DNA from: an uncultured Erysipelotrichaceae bacterium
GTDB taxonomy: Bacteria > Bacillota_I > Bacilli_A > RFN20 > CAG-826
Assembly: GCA_900316365.1 (NCBI GenBank)
Contig: ONCO01000004.1
Coordinates: forward strand, 74,918 to 138,917
Reading direction: 5' to 3'
Length of the DNA stretch: 64,000 bases
The notes beneath the pieces were generated by a model that saw nothing but the letters and a program-made list of their open reading frames with translations, was not told the origin of the DNA and did not search any database. How positions within the stretch are numbered: the stretch's first letter is position 1; every line of letters starts with the position of its first letter. Of this stretch, positions 29,071 to 39,800 are shown in pieces. The position numbers and the translations under genes were made by a program.

Positions 29071-30141
29071 TTAGATACCTTTTTCCGCCGCGAGCAAAAG
29101 TTTTTTATCAGATTCGTGGGTCAAGATGCTTTCGGCCTCCTCAAACGGCAAGAAGAGGATTTCGGAAACTTCCTCCTGCTGAGGGTTCGCTTTCTCGCTA
29201 TCGACCGTGGCCTTGAAGAAGACGACGCGTTTGGCCACGCCATCTTTCGGGGAGTAATTCATCGCATAGGTAAAACCAGGGATGAATGTCGGCGTCAAAG
29301 CAGTCTCTTCAATGATTTCGCGCCTAGCTGTATCTAAATCGTCAATATCAGTTGGCTCGACATGTCCCTTTGGAATGCTGTAATGGCCAGCCTTCATATG
29401 CTCGATAAGGTATTTGCCGTCGTGCATGACGACCGCGCCGCAAGACTTCTCTTGCTTACCTAATAAATTAGAAAAGAGCCTAATCTCATCTTTATTGAGG
29501 CCTAAGCCAGAAAGATACTCATCAATCGAGCCATAACGCTTCAGGAACTCGCGATAGAACTCAATCATGTGGAGGATCCTTGGCTCGATGAGGGAATGAG
29601 GATATTCAATCTCGCCCTTATAGACAGCCTCCGCTAGATCATCAATATAAGCATAGGACATAAGGTAGTCCGCATTCGCGTCTTGGAGGGATACGCCATT
29701 GGCTAAAAGAATCAAAAACGAGTATACGCCCGTCCTATCTTTTCCGATTGCGCAGTGGATGTAGCATGGTTTTTCGGCCTGGAGGATAGCGCGAACGACC
29801 TTCGCGGACCTCTCCTTGTCGTCAATCATCTCAAAGTAGCTATCAAACATGTCCTTCGGATCAGTAGGTACCCTACCACCACCGGCGACAGGCGCATGGA
29901 CATTAACAAAACGCGGATCGCCAACGGTCGCGTCTGGATATTCGATAACGCTTTTCTCGTCGCGTAGGTCGATGATGGTTTTGATGCCCATCGAGGCGAA
30001 GGCGTCTAAAGCGTCTTTCTCTAAGCCCGCCAATTGGGCGCCGCGATAAATGATTCCATAACCTGTCGTACCGTAACGGCATTCATAGCCGCCTAGATCG
30101 CGGAAGTTACGTAATGGCAAGGAATGAATGATGCGTTTCAT
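29071..30141 (-). CDS. Tyrosine/dual-specificity phosphatase (Y_phosphatase3-like) fused to a C-terminal NUDIX hydrolase
   Basis: NFRDLGGY, IIDLR and IHCAIGKDRTG (CX5R); then EKSCGAVV..PKGHVE...ARREIIEETAL (Nudix box). Real start is ATG 30141; the ORF-track N-terminus runs through a terminator. Confidence 0.85.
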   Translation of the reverse strand: MKRIIHSLPLRNFRDLGGYECRYGTTGYGIIYRGAQLAGLEKDALDAFASMGIKTIIDLRDEKSVIEYPDATVGDPRFVNVHAPVAGGGRVPTDPKDMFDSYFEMIDDKERSAKVVRAILQAEKPCYIHCAIGKDRTGVYSFLILLANGVSLQDANADYLMSYAYIDDLAEAVYKGEIEYPHSLIEPRILHMIEFYREFLKRYGSIDEYLSGLGLNKDEIRLFSNLLGKQEKSCGAVVMHDGKYLIEHMKAGHYSIPKGHVEPTDIDDLDTARREIIEETALTPTFIPGFTYAMNYSPKDGVAKRVVFFKATVDSEKANPQQEEVSEILFLPFEEAESILTHESDKKLLLAAEKGI

Positions 30142-30171
30142 GGTCCTAATTCTATTCGCTAGATGCAAAAA

Positions 30172-30206
30172 GAAAAAGGTGACCCGAGCTAATTCGGGCC
30201 ACCTTG
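30172..30206 (-). terminator. Intrinsic terminator after mscL
   Basis: AAGGTGACCCGAG/TTCGGGCCACCTT stem with a T-run on the minus strand. Confidence 0.7.
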
Positions 30207-30208
30207 TG

Positions 30209-30919
30209 TTATTTCTCGGCTTCTTTTTTCTCAACCAACGCGTCGCGAATCTCTTTAAGTAAATCGAGTTCAGTTGGCTCAGGTTCGCCTGGTTCTGGTG
30301 GAACTGGTCTTTCTTCTGGGTGCTTCTGGTAGTAGGCCTCAAGGCTCTTGGCTTTGAGCTCAGCACGCTTAGCGGCGACGCCAGCAGCAACCTTCATGAT
30401 GACGAAGAGGACAAGCGCGATAACGAGGAAGCTGATGATCGCGTTGATGAAGGCTCCCCAGTCGATGACTGCGCTCATCTTATAGGCATAGGTGGTGCCG
30501 TGGAGATCGTAGAGGGAGAGTAAGTTGGTCTTCCACTGGATGAAGTCCGCATCCGAGACGTTGAGGGTTTTGCCCTGCGCCGCGGCATAAGCAACGACCA
30601 TTTCGTTGACCTCACCGGTGGTGAAGGTCTGGAGATTGACGGTTTCACCAGCAATATTGAATGCAGCGCCCGCCTGAGCGTCGCTGACGGCTGGTAAAAC
30701 GGTGATCAAGCCTTTGAGACCACCAGGGACTCCCCAAGTCGCTAAGGACAACAAGATGTTGACCATCGCGGTAACGATTGCACCAAAGGCATTGCCCATG
30801 ATGACGCCGACGGCCATGTCGAGAACGTTGCCGCGAGTAATGAATTTCTTAAACTCACCAATCACACCGACGGTCTTCTTCTTGGCCTCAACGATTATTT
30901 CTTTCTTTTCGTCTGCCAT
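30209..30919 (-). CDS. mscL: Large-conductance mechanosensitive channel with an enlarged extracellular loop
   Basis: [21 protein letters not shown]; [19 protein letters not shown]; [12 protein letters not shown]. Confidence 0.92.
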   Translation of the reverse strand: MADEKKEIIVEAKKKTVGVIGEFKKFITRGNVLDMAVGVIMGNAFGAIVTAMVNILLSLATWGVPGGLKGLITVLPAVSDAQAGAAFNIAGETVNLQTFTTGEVNEMVVAYAAAQGKTLNVSDADFIQWKTNLLSLYDLHGTTYAYKMSAVIDWGAFINAIISFLVIALVLFVIMKVAAGVAAKRAELKAKSLEAYYQKHPEERPVPPEPGEPEPTELDLLKEIRDALVEKKEAEK

Positions 30920-31123
30920 AAATCGATATGTTCCTCCGATTTATCTTTATTCTAGTCCACTTTTTCCTTACGAAAACAAGGGAATTTATTGCATTTCCTC
31001 TTATTCTTTGTGCGCGTTATTACTACGACAATAGAAACATCTAGATAGGGGATTTATATAAGTTTGATATCTTCCGCAAACCTATTATGCTAAGAATAAC
31101 CTTAGATAGAGGAGGTAAACCCC

Positions 31124-32356
31124 ATGTCACTGCCAATGATCTTAGATATTGTATATCTAGCAATATTCCTTATCTGCTTACTCGTCGGTATCTTCAAAGG
31201 TTGGACCAAAACCTTATTAGGATTCGCCCTTGTTTTCGTCGCTGGCTTACTCGCCAACGTCTTCATGCCGACCTTCTTACCAATGGTTAAAGACTTCGTC
31301 GTCCCAGGACAAAGCGAATCGCTTCACGCCATGGTTTCGGGCAAGTCTTTGGAATTCATTGATGAGTCGTTCTCTTTCTTAACTTCGCCAATCGACGCGA
31401 AGCTTGCGACCGAACATAACATCAAGGCCATCGTCTGCGGCAGTTTCTATATCCCGACTTCTTTCTGGCCTCAGATTTGGGCCTTGGTCCAGCCAAACCT
31501 CGCTGGCGCCACCACTGGCAGCGAAGTCCGCTTGGATATCGCTCTTGCCAGCACTGCCGGTGACGGCGCTTGCCAGATCATCACCTGGCTCCTTGTCTAC
31601 CTCGTCGTCTACATCGTCGGCACCCTTATCATCAACATCGTTTTCTGGATTATCAATGGTATTCGCAAAGCGAAATCCCCAGACCACAAGATCCATCGTC
31701 CATTATGGTCCCGCCTCCTTGGCTGCGTCTTTGGCCTTTTGATCGGCGCCACCTTGATCGTTGGTTTCAACACCACCGCTCACATGTTTACCTCGATCGA
31801 CCCTGAGGGCAAAATCTTCCCTCTCGAAGCCGCGCTTAATATCGAAAACGGCGAGATGACCACCCCATCCTTCTCTGGTTGGGTCTATCTCGTGACCGGC
31901 AAGATCAGCGACACCTTCTTCCCAAACAACAGCGAGGAAGCCAACAAAGAGGAAAACCTCGACCACTTAGTCATCACTCTTGATAAAGACGATCCAAACG
32001 TCACCATCCCAGCTATGGGCGGCGCTATCAATTCCACCGACATCCCAGAGGGTATGGAGGAATACATCACCGTTGGTGAGGATGGTTCCTTGACCGTCGA
32101 ATTCCCAACCACCGAAGAAGGTTATAACGACTTGGTTTCCAACGTTGCCTCCGCTAGCGGCGTCACCGAAGACGAGGTTAAAGCCTACCTCGAAGCCGCC
32201 GGCGTTGACGTCGAAGTCGGCGAAGATGGTTCAGTCACCTATAACATCAACGTCCCAACCGACCCAGAAGACATCAACGAATGGATCCAGAATCTCACCG
32301 ACATCCACTCCGGCGAGAGCGGAGAATCCGGCGAAGGCGAAGGCGGCGGAGAATAA
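31124..32356 (+). CDS. CvpA-like membrane protein with an acidic C-terminal extension
   Basis: LDIVYLAIFLICLLVGIFKGW start and SRLLGCVFGLLIG are typical of CvpA; the tail is D/E/G-rich. Confidence 0.7.
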   Translation: MSLPMILDIVYLAIFLICLLVGIFKGWTKTLLGFALVFVAGLLANVFMPTFLPMVKDFVVPGQSESLHAMVSGKSLEFIDESFSFLTSPIDAKLATEHNIKAIVCGSFYIPTSFWPQIWALVQPNLAGATTGSEVRLDIALASTAGDGACQIITWLLVYLVVYIVGTLIINIVFWIINGIRKAKSPDHKIHRPLWSRLLGCVFGLLIGATLIVGFNTTAHMFTSIDPEGKIFPLEAALNIENGEMTTPSFSGWVYLVTGKISDTFFPNNSEEANKEENLDHLVITLDKDDPNVTIPAMGGAINSTDIPEGMEEYITVGEDGSLTVEFPTTEEGYNDLVSNVASASGVTEDEVKAYLEAAGVDVEVGEDGSVTYNINVPTDPEDINEWIQNLTDIHSGESGESGEGEGGGE

Positions 32357-32691
32357 GTTCATCTCGCACAACCTTTTAGGGTTGCTGCAGAAAAAACTTA
32401 TCCAAAGCCCCAAAAATAGGTCTATTTCAACCAAACAACTACTAATCTAATAGAAAATGCCACGATGCCATCAAAGCTTTGTGGCTTTTCTTATACACTG
32501 TCCAAAGCCTGAAAACGCTCTTTTCGTTTATTTAAACGATTTACTTAAAACTAACGTTTTTCCATTGTCTAGGAACTATCGAACTTTTGCTTTTTGATGG
32601 CACTTTTCCAAGTCTAGTCAAGTGCCATTTTTAGGCCCTGTGCATTGTTATTTGCTTTTCACGTTTTCATGGGTAATATAAGTGTCGCAAA

Positions 32692-32823
32692 GGAGCCCCC
32701 TATAGGGCTCACTTACGGCGAACATACGATCATGTTGAGTGCTTGGTTCATTTTTATGACCCCCTCTTCGTGGTCTTTACAGGTGAGAGAGACCCGCCGT
32801 AAGAGTTAGTAGAGGTAACAGTT
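32692..32823 (+). promoter_or_regulatory. Structured 5' leader of nrdD (candidate cis-regulatory RNA)
   Basis: A 9-bp closing stem CTTACGGCG (32712-20)/CGCCGTAAG (32795-803) encloses three hairpins, preceded by a GAGCCC/GGGCTC hairpin. Confidence 0.6.
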
Positions 32824-35214
32824 ATGTTAACAGTCACAAAAAGAGACGGGACCAGAGTCCCATTCGACCTTACTAAGATCGAAGACGCCGTTGAAAGAGC
32901 ATTCAACGCCGAACACCAAGAAATCAATAAGGACATCCTTGAGCTTTTAGCCCTCCGTGTCACCGCGGACTTCAACAAGAAGATCAAGGACGACTCCGTT
33001 TCCGTTGAGGATATCCAGGACTCCGTCGAAATCGTCCTCGTTCAGGCTGGCTATATTGAAATCGCCCGCTCCTACATGGACTATAGACATCGTCACGCGG
33101 CCCTCCGTCAGGTGAAGACTACTTCCCTCGACTTCAAGAACGTCGTCGACAGCTACCTCAAAGTCGCCGACTGGCGCGTCAAGGAGAACTCTACCGTCAC
33201 CTATTCCGTCGGTGGTCTCATTCTCTCCAACTCCGGCGCCGTCACCGCTAACTATTGGCTCAGCGAAATCTACGATAAGGAAATCGCGGACGCGCACCGC
33301 AATGCGGATATGCACATCCACGACCTTTCCATGCTCACCGGCTACTGCGCTGGCTGGAGCTTAAAGCAGCTCATCCAGCAGGGCTTAGGCGGCGTCCCTG
33401 GCAAGATCACCTCCGCTCCGGCGAGACACCTTATGACCCTCTGCAACCAGATGGTCAACTTCTTAGGCATCATGCAGAACGAGTGGGCTGGCGCTCAGGC
33501 CTTCTCTTCCTTCGATACCTACCTCGCCCCATTCGTCAAAGTCGATAACCTTTCCTATAAGGAAGTCAAACAGTGCATCCAGTCCTTCATCTATGGCGTT
33601 AACACCCCATCCCGTTGGGGTACCCAGGCGCCATTCACCAACGTCACCCTCGACTGGACCGTCCCAGATGATATGGCCAACCTCAACTGCTTAGTCGGCG
33701 GTAAGGAGATGGACTTCAAATATCGTGATTGCAAAAAGGAAATGGCGATGGTCAACAAAGCCTTCATCGAGACCATGATCGAAGGCGACGCGAACGGCCG
33801 TGGCTTCCAGTATCCAATCCCAACCTATTCCATCACCAAGGATTTTGACTGGTCTGAATCAGAGAACAACAAGCTTCTCTTCGAGATGACCGCGAAATAT
33901 GGCACTCCATACTTCTCCAACTACATCAACTCCGACATGCAGCCAAGCGATGTCCGCTCCATGTGCTGCCGTCTCCGTCTCGACTTGCGTGAACTCCGTA
34001 AGAAGTCTGGTGGCTTCTTCGGTTCTGGCGAATCCACCGGTTCCATCGGTGTCGTCACCCTCAACATCCCACGCATCGCTTACCTTGCCACCGACAAGGA
34101 AGACTTCTACAAGAGACTCGACCACTTGATGGACGTTGCCGCCCGCTCCTTACACGTTAAGCGCGAGACCGTCGGCAAACTCCTCGACGCTGGCTTATAT
34201 CCATACACCAAGCATTACCTCGGCTCCTTCAACAACCACTTCTCCACCATCGGTCTCGTTGGTATGAATGAAGCCTGCCTCAATGCCCGTTGGATCAAAG
34301 AAGACCTCACCCACGAAGCCGCTCAGGCCTTCACCATTGAAGTCCTCAACCATATGAGAACCCGCCTCTCCGACTATCAGGAGCTCTATGGCGACCTATA
34401 TAACCTCGAAGCCACCCCAGCCGAATCCACCTCCTTCCGTCTTGCCAAGCACGACAAGCAGAGATACCCAGATATCATCACCGCCTCCAGCGATGAGAAG
34501 GTTCCGTTCTACACCAACTCCTCTCACCTCCCAGTCGGCTTCACCGAAGATATCTTCCAGGCCCTCGACATCGAGGATAAGTTCCAGACCCTTTACACCT
34601 CTGGCACCGTCTTCCATTGCTTCCTCGGCCAGAAGCTCCCGGATTACAAGAGCTGCATGAAGCTCGTCCGCAAGATCGCCGAGAACTACAAGCTCCCGTA
34701 TTACACCATGTCGCCGACCTATTCCGTCTGCGCCGAACACGGCTACTTACAGGGCGAACAGTGGAAGTGCCCAATCTGCGGCAAAGAAGCTGAAGTCTAT
34801 TCCCGTATCACCGGTTACTATCGTCCAGTCAAGAACTGGAACGCTGGTAAGACCCAGGAATTCAAGCAGAGAAGAGAATACGTCCCAGAACATTCCAAAG
34901 AACCAGTCATCAAGGAAGGCGCTTCTTGCTCCTGCGGACACGAACATGTCCAGGCTACCGAAGCCCCGAAGATCACCCAGCCGATGCTCTTCACTTCCCC
35001 AACCTGCCCGAACTGCAAGATGGCCAAGATGCTCCTCGACAAGGATTCCATCCACTACGAGAACATCGACGCGGTCGCCAACAAAGAATTGACTGAAGCG
35101 TTTGGCATCAAACAGGCCCCAACCCTCTTAGTTCCTGAGGGCGACGGCTATCGTCTCTATGAGAACGCCTCCAACATCAAAGGCTTCATCGAGGCGAACA
35201 AGGGATCCAAATAA
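32824..35214 (+). CDS. nrdD: Anaerobic (class III) ribonucleoside-triphosphate reductase with ATP cone and C-terminal glutaredoxin-like domain
   Basis: VTKRDG ATP cone; SMCCRL; NLEATPAESTSFRLA; YSRITGYYRPV glycyl-radical motif; C-terminal FTSPTCPNCK. Confidence 0.93.
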   Translation: MLTVTKRDGTRVPFDLTKIEDAVERAFNAEHQEINKDILELLALRVTADFNKKIKDDSVSVEDIQDSVEIVLVQAGYIEIARSYMDYRHRHAALRQVKTTSLDFKNVVDSYLKVADWRVKENSTVTYSVGGLILSNSGAVTANYWLSEIYDKEIADAHRNADMHIHDLSMLTGYCAGWSLKQLIQQGLGGVPGKITSAPARHLMTLCNQMVNFLGIMQNEWAGAQAFSSFDTYLAPFVKVDNLSYKEVKQCIQSFIYGVNTPSRWGTQAPFTNVTLDWTVPDDMANLNCLVGGKEMDFKYRDCKKEMAMVNKAFIETMIEGDANGRGFQYPIPTYSITKDFDWSESENNKLLFEMTAKYGTPYFSNYINSDMQPSDVRSMCCRLRLDLRELRKKSGGFFGSGESTGSIGVVTLNIPRIAYLATDKEDFYKRLDHLMDVAARSLHVKRETVGKLLDAGLYPYTKHYLGSFNNHFSTIGLVGMNEACLNARWIKEDLTHEAAQAFTIEVLNHMRTRLSDYQELYGDLYNLEATPAESTSFRLAKHDKQRYPDIITASSDEKVPFYTNSSHLPVGFTEDIFQALDIEDKFQTLYTSGTVFHCFLGQKLPDYKSCMKLVRKIAENYKLPYYTMSPTYSVCAEHGYLQGEQWKCPICGKEAEVYSRITGYYRPVKNWNAGKTQEFKQRREYVPEHSKEPVIKEGASCSCGHEHVQATEAPKITQPMLFTSPTCPNCKMAKMLLDKDSIHYENIDAVANKELTEAFGIKQAPTLLVPEGDGYRLYENASNIKGFIEANKGSK

Positions 35215-35281
35215 GTCCCCTTCACAAAACTCGATTAGGCCCCTTTGAAAAAAGGGGTCTATTCTTTCAGAGGAATACACC

Positions 35282-36196
35282 ATGAACGAAAATCCAGATG
35301 TAATCATCATCGGCGGCGGACCTGCCGCGATGAGCAGCGCCCTTTATTTGCTTCGCGCCGGCAAGAAGGTCTTAATACTCGAGAAAGAGGCTTTCGGCGG
35401 TCAGATCGCCAAATCCCCGCGTTTAGAGAACTATCCAACCATCAAATGCATCTCCGGTCTCGAATGGAGCGACAAGCTCTTTGAGCAGATCACCGATATG
35501 GGTGCGGAGTTCGATCTTGAGGAAGCTTTATCCATCACCAAAGAAGGCGATACCTTCACCGTCAAAACCAACTATAACGAGCATCAGGCCAAAGCCGTCA
35601 TCATCGCCGCAGGCGTCAAGCCACGCACCTTAGGCGCGAAAAACGAAGACAAACTCCTTGGCCACGGCATCTCCTATTGCGCCGTCTGCGATGGCGACTT
35701 CTTCACCGGCAAAGACGTTTGCTTGATCGGCGATGCGAACACCGCCCTCCAATATGCGATGCTCCTCGCCTCCAAATGCCGTCACGTCCAAATCGCGACC
35801 TTGTTCGACCACTTCTTCGCCGATAACATCCTCGTTGAGGCGATGAAGAAGGTTCCTAATATCAGCTACCGCCACTGCCTTGAGACCCAAGAGTTCGTCG
35901 GCGAAGGTTCCTTGACCTCCGTCAAATTTAAAGACACAGTCACCAAGGAAGATGTCGAATATACCATCGATGGCTGCTTCATCGCCATTGGCCAGGTTCC
36001 AGATAACGAAAGGTTCTCCAACCTTCTCGACTTAGAAAAAGGCTTCATCCTCACAAACGATAAGATGGAGACCAAAACCCCAGGCTTATATGCCGCGGGC
36101 GATTGCCGAGTCAAAGGCATGAGGCAGGTAGTCACCGCCGTCAATGACGGAGCGATCGCCGCCGTAAACGCCGCGAACTATCTCAACACCTTATAA
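35282..36196 (+). CDS. trxB: Thioredoxin reductase
   Basis: IIGGGPAAM; GISYCAVCDG; PGLYAAGD; QVVTAVNDGAIAA. Confidence 0.92.
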   Translation: MNENPDVIIIGGGPAAMSSALYLLRAGKKVLILEKEAFGGQIAKSPRLENYPTIKCISGLEWSDKLFEQITDMGAEFDLEEALSITKEGDTFTVKTNYNEHQAKAVIIAAGVKPRTLGAKNEDKLLGHGISYCAVCDGDFFTGKDVCLIGDANTALQYAMLLASKCRHVQIATLFDHFFADNILVEAMKKVPNISYRHCLETQEFVGEGSLTSVKFKDTVTKEDVEYTIDGCFIAIGQVPDNERFSNLLDLEKGFILTNDKMETKTPGLYAAGDCRVKGMRQVVTAVNDGAIAAVNAANYLNTL

Positions 36197-36206
36197 AGCG
36201 GTTACT

Positions 36207-36236
36207 AAAAGAAGGCCTGACACGAGGCCTTCTTTT
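36207..36236. terminator. Bidirectional intrinsic terminator
   Basis: AAAAGAAGGCCT/AGGCCTTCTTTT. Confidence 0.8.
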
Positions 36237-36238
36237 CA

Positions 36239-36811
36239 TTATTCCGCAATCGGTTTCCAAGCCCTTAAGACTTCTCCACACCGATATTGATATTCAATGC
36301 AGACGCCCTCCAGATATACATCGACGACTGCGGGAAAACCGTATGTGCGGCATTCCTCAAAACGGAATACATAATATCCCCTAAATTCACCACAATATGA
36401 GGCGATTTCGAATGAATCACGTTCTATAACTGCCCCTTTTTCAATGTCATATTTCCCTTCGTGAGTGATGTAATCGTAGTAATAGTCAACGCAAATGGCT
36501 TGCTCTATTTCTTTTGCCGGCCGAGGGATGATGGTCCCTCCCGCAGGGAGATAGTCTTCTTTCACTCCACGCTTAATCAGCCAATCATTATTATTTCGAT
36601 ATGCAATATCTTTGACCTCTTGATGAGAGAAGAAACCTTCTTCGTAAAGGTCCATGAAGAGGAAGAACTCACCACGGGGCTTATATGTCGAAAACGGATT
36701 TTCGCTACTTAGCAAAGCCGATGGGGATGGCTTCGCATCAGTAGAGCAAGCAAAGAGGGCCGGAACGACAAGCGAAAGCAATACAATCCTGTGGTGCATA
36801 TTCATTATCAA
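36239..36811 (-). CDS. Putative lipoprotein of unknown function
   Basis: Signal peptide ending in the lipobox ALFAC. Confidence 0.65.
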   Translation of the reverse strand: MIMNMHHRIVLLSLVVPALFACSTDAKPSPSALLSSENPFSTYKPRGEFFLFMDLYEEGFFSHQEVKDIAYRNNNDWLIKRGVKEDYLPAGGTIIPRPAKEIEQAICVDYYYDYITHEGKYDIEKGAVIERDSFEIASYCGEFRGYYVFRFEECRTYGFPAVVDVYLEGVCIEYQYRCGEVLRAWKPIAE

Positions 36812-36821
36812 CTCTATAAGT

Positions 36822-39800
36822 CTACTCTTGGAAATCGAATAGAGACAATTGCTTATCGACGTTTACGATATCTGGGACGTTGTTTATGACGCATTCGAAC
36901 AACGAGATGATGAGCTCGTAATCCTTAACCTGCTGGTTGGCGATACGGATAAGTTTAATACCGTACTTAGAGCAAATCTTTTCCTTCACACGGTCTCTCA
37001 CGGCCGCCTTTTTGGAGCCTACGTGTTCCCCGCCGTCGATTTCAAATACTACGAACGTGCGATATGTGCGCCTGAGGAGGCCTTCGCCTACCTGGACGAT
37101 AACATCGAATTCTTTCTGGCCTATCAAGGCGTAATCATCTGGATCAATTCCTTTGATCGCTTCTTTAACCAAAACATTCCTTTGAATGCGCATCTTGGTG
37201 CCGCGCCTCTTGAAGTAGGTTGAAACGGTTTTAAAGAATTCTTTTTCGCTCTCGGAGTTGTTTGAGAAATCGTTAAGCAAAGACGTCTCGATTTTTTGCA
37301 CCTCAACGTCGCCTTTGTTAAAAACGTAGTCCGAAAGAGTCTTTATATCGTTATCCTCATCCCCGCTTAAAGCGTTGATGGCGGCTCTATCGCCGACGAA
37401 GATAAAATGTTCTTTGGCCCTGGTGACCGCAACGTTAATCAACTCGTGATTGTTTTTAATCCAATCCATCGTCTTTTTGCCGGTCTTGGCCGAAAGAGCG
37501 GCCGACATGATGATCACATCTTTTTCGGAGCCCTGGAGCGTATGAATCGTTCCGGCCTTTGCGGTCGTTATCCCTTCAGAGGCGAGACAGCGGTTAATTA
37601 ATGCAGCCTGATTAACGAACGGGGTCACTATGCCGACATCGCCATACCCATTTTTCTTGATGATGTCTGCGATGGCCTTGGCCTCCTCAAGATAGGCATT
37701 ACGCTCGTCTTTACGGTAAATGTTATGGACATCGATATAGGTAAGTCCGCCATTTTTCTTATTAAGGAGTTTTAACTGATTACCATAGAACCTCTGATTA
37801 ACGAAACCGGCAATTCTACGACCGCAGCGATAGTGATAACGAAGCAGGATGTCTTTCGAAATGGAGTCTTTCCTGAGCATGGTGGAAAGAATGGAATTCT
37901 TAACGTAGTCATATTCAGGCTTGATGTTATATTTCTCCATCAAGCGAGCGTTGATATCAGTCTCAATTACGGTTACGGGCTGTAGCTGGTTTGTGTCCCC
38001 GACCAAAAGCAAATCATTAGCGCGTACGATTGGAACCAAACTGGAAGCAACATTGCATTGCCCGGCCTCATCCATAATGCACAAATCGAAATGAGGCTTC
38101 GCTTCGCCTAGTTTTCCGGAAGACAAGTTGGTGCAGACAATAATTGGGAAAATGGCCAAGAATTTCTTAAGGTTGTCGTCACTTTTTAAATACTTGTTAA
38201 GCTGTCCGACCGCTACATCGATGTCTTCGGTTAGGATAATATCGCGCAAATCGGAGTTGCTTGGGGCAAGGATCTTTTTAATCCTTGCCAAAGCGGAATA
38301 GTAAACGAAGCTCTGGAAGCTTTCGTCCTCGCTCGCTGAAATAACGTATTTCGAAACATCATCCTCGGTGACTAAGAGGCTCGATGATAATTTCTCTTCC
38401 TGCAGGGCGATCTGTTTTTTGACTTCTTCAACAATTATTGGGGTCTGGGCCAAGGGCTCTATTTTCTTCAAAGTCGCTATCTTCGTTTCAAGTTCCTGCC
38501 TTTCCTCATATTTCCTGAGGAGTTCCTTAAGCTCTTTGAAACCGGAAAGGGCCCTATCTTTGCTCTTTTGTGTAAGAGATTCGTTGGTTCTTGCCTGATC
38601 GTGCTCATTGGCGAAATCCAAAACCGCTCTTAGTTTGCTAATCGTGGATCTTAGTTCTTCGTTATTGCCTAGACGCATAATAGGGAAAAGAATCTGTTCC
38701 TCTTTCTGCGTCTTACCAACCTTCCTGGTGATTGACTTCGTCATCTTGGCGAAAATGTCATTAACCGGATGATTGTTGTTAGAGCAAACCAAAACTTTCT
38801 TGTCGTTCGCGTAAGCGGAAAGCAAAACATTAAAAATAGTTTCTGTCTTACCTGTTCCAGGAGGTCCTTTGACATACGTGACGTGATTGACCATCGAGTT
38901 ATAGATGACGCGCATCTGGTCAACGTTAACCTTATCTTTATTAAATACGACGATGTTAGGGTCTTTCATTGAGCCTGGTCTATTCAGGTTTCGTCCAAAG
39001 AAAGACTTCAGCGGTTGGGTCAATTTGTTTTCTTGATCCATCTCACCGATGGCCTCAAGCGCCATATAAACGGTTGGTTGGACATTACGAGACATCAAGA
39101 AAATACCAGGTCGAGTATTTACCATCTCGCCGTTGTGGAAATTCTCTTCGATAAGAGAAATATATTCGCGGGCTTTCTCGTCGAAGGTAGAGCAAAATTC
39201 GTCCGGATTCATGTCTAAGTACATGCCCAAAGTGAATTTCCTATCGTCGATGAGGAACGACTTATTGATAATGGTTTTGTCGCCGAGCTTCAACGTCTTG
39301 TCTTTGAAATTAAGGAAAAGAGGCCTATAGGCAACGACATACTGTTTCTTGGCGACGTCGATGGAAAAATAATTCATCGCCAGTTCCGAATATCTATAAA
39401 CATTTTCGGCTTCGATGCTATCCTTCCTTTTAAAGACCTGATTGATAAGGACTTCATATTGCTCTTCGTCGAGCTTATATTTCTTTTCCTTATGCAACTC
39501 CCTTCTATCTACCCCATTGAGGGCGACAGAGTCTTTGATAAAAGGATCGTTATCCAACTTATAGCAATCGGAAAGATAATTGAGAATGTTATTGTCTAGC
39601 GAGCTAACCTCAAGGTAATTGGCCAAAGTGTTTTCTAATTCGATCTTCCTCTTCAATTTCTCCGGAACCGCATAATAGCTTTGTTCCAAAACAACCGCCG
39701 TCCTAATGCGGTCGATGCTGATGCGAATCGGCTCGTTCTTCTTATTCAGCAAACAGGCGTCGGACTTATAAATGTTGCAGATGTCACAGGCGATTGTGCC

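Noticed and set aside
30142-30390. N-terminal 83 aa of the ORF-track protein 29071-30390
   Set aside because: It overlaps the mscL end and crosses its terminator; homology starts at MKRIIH (30141).
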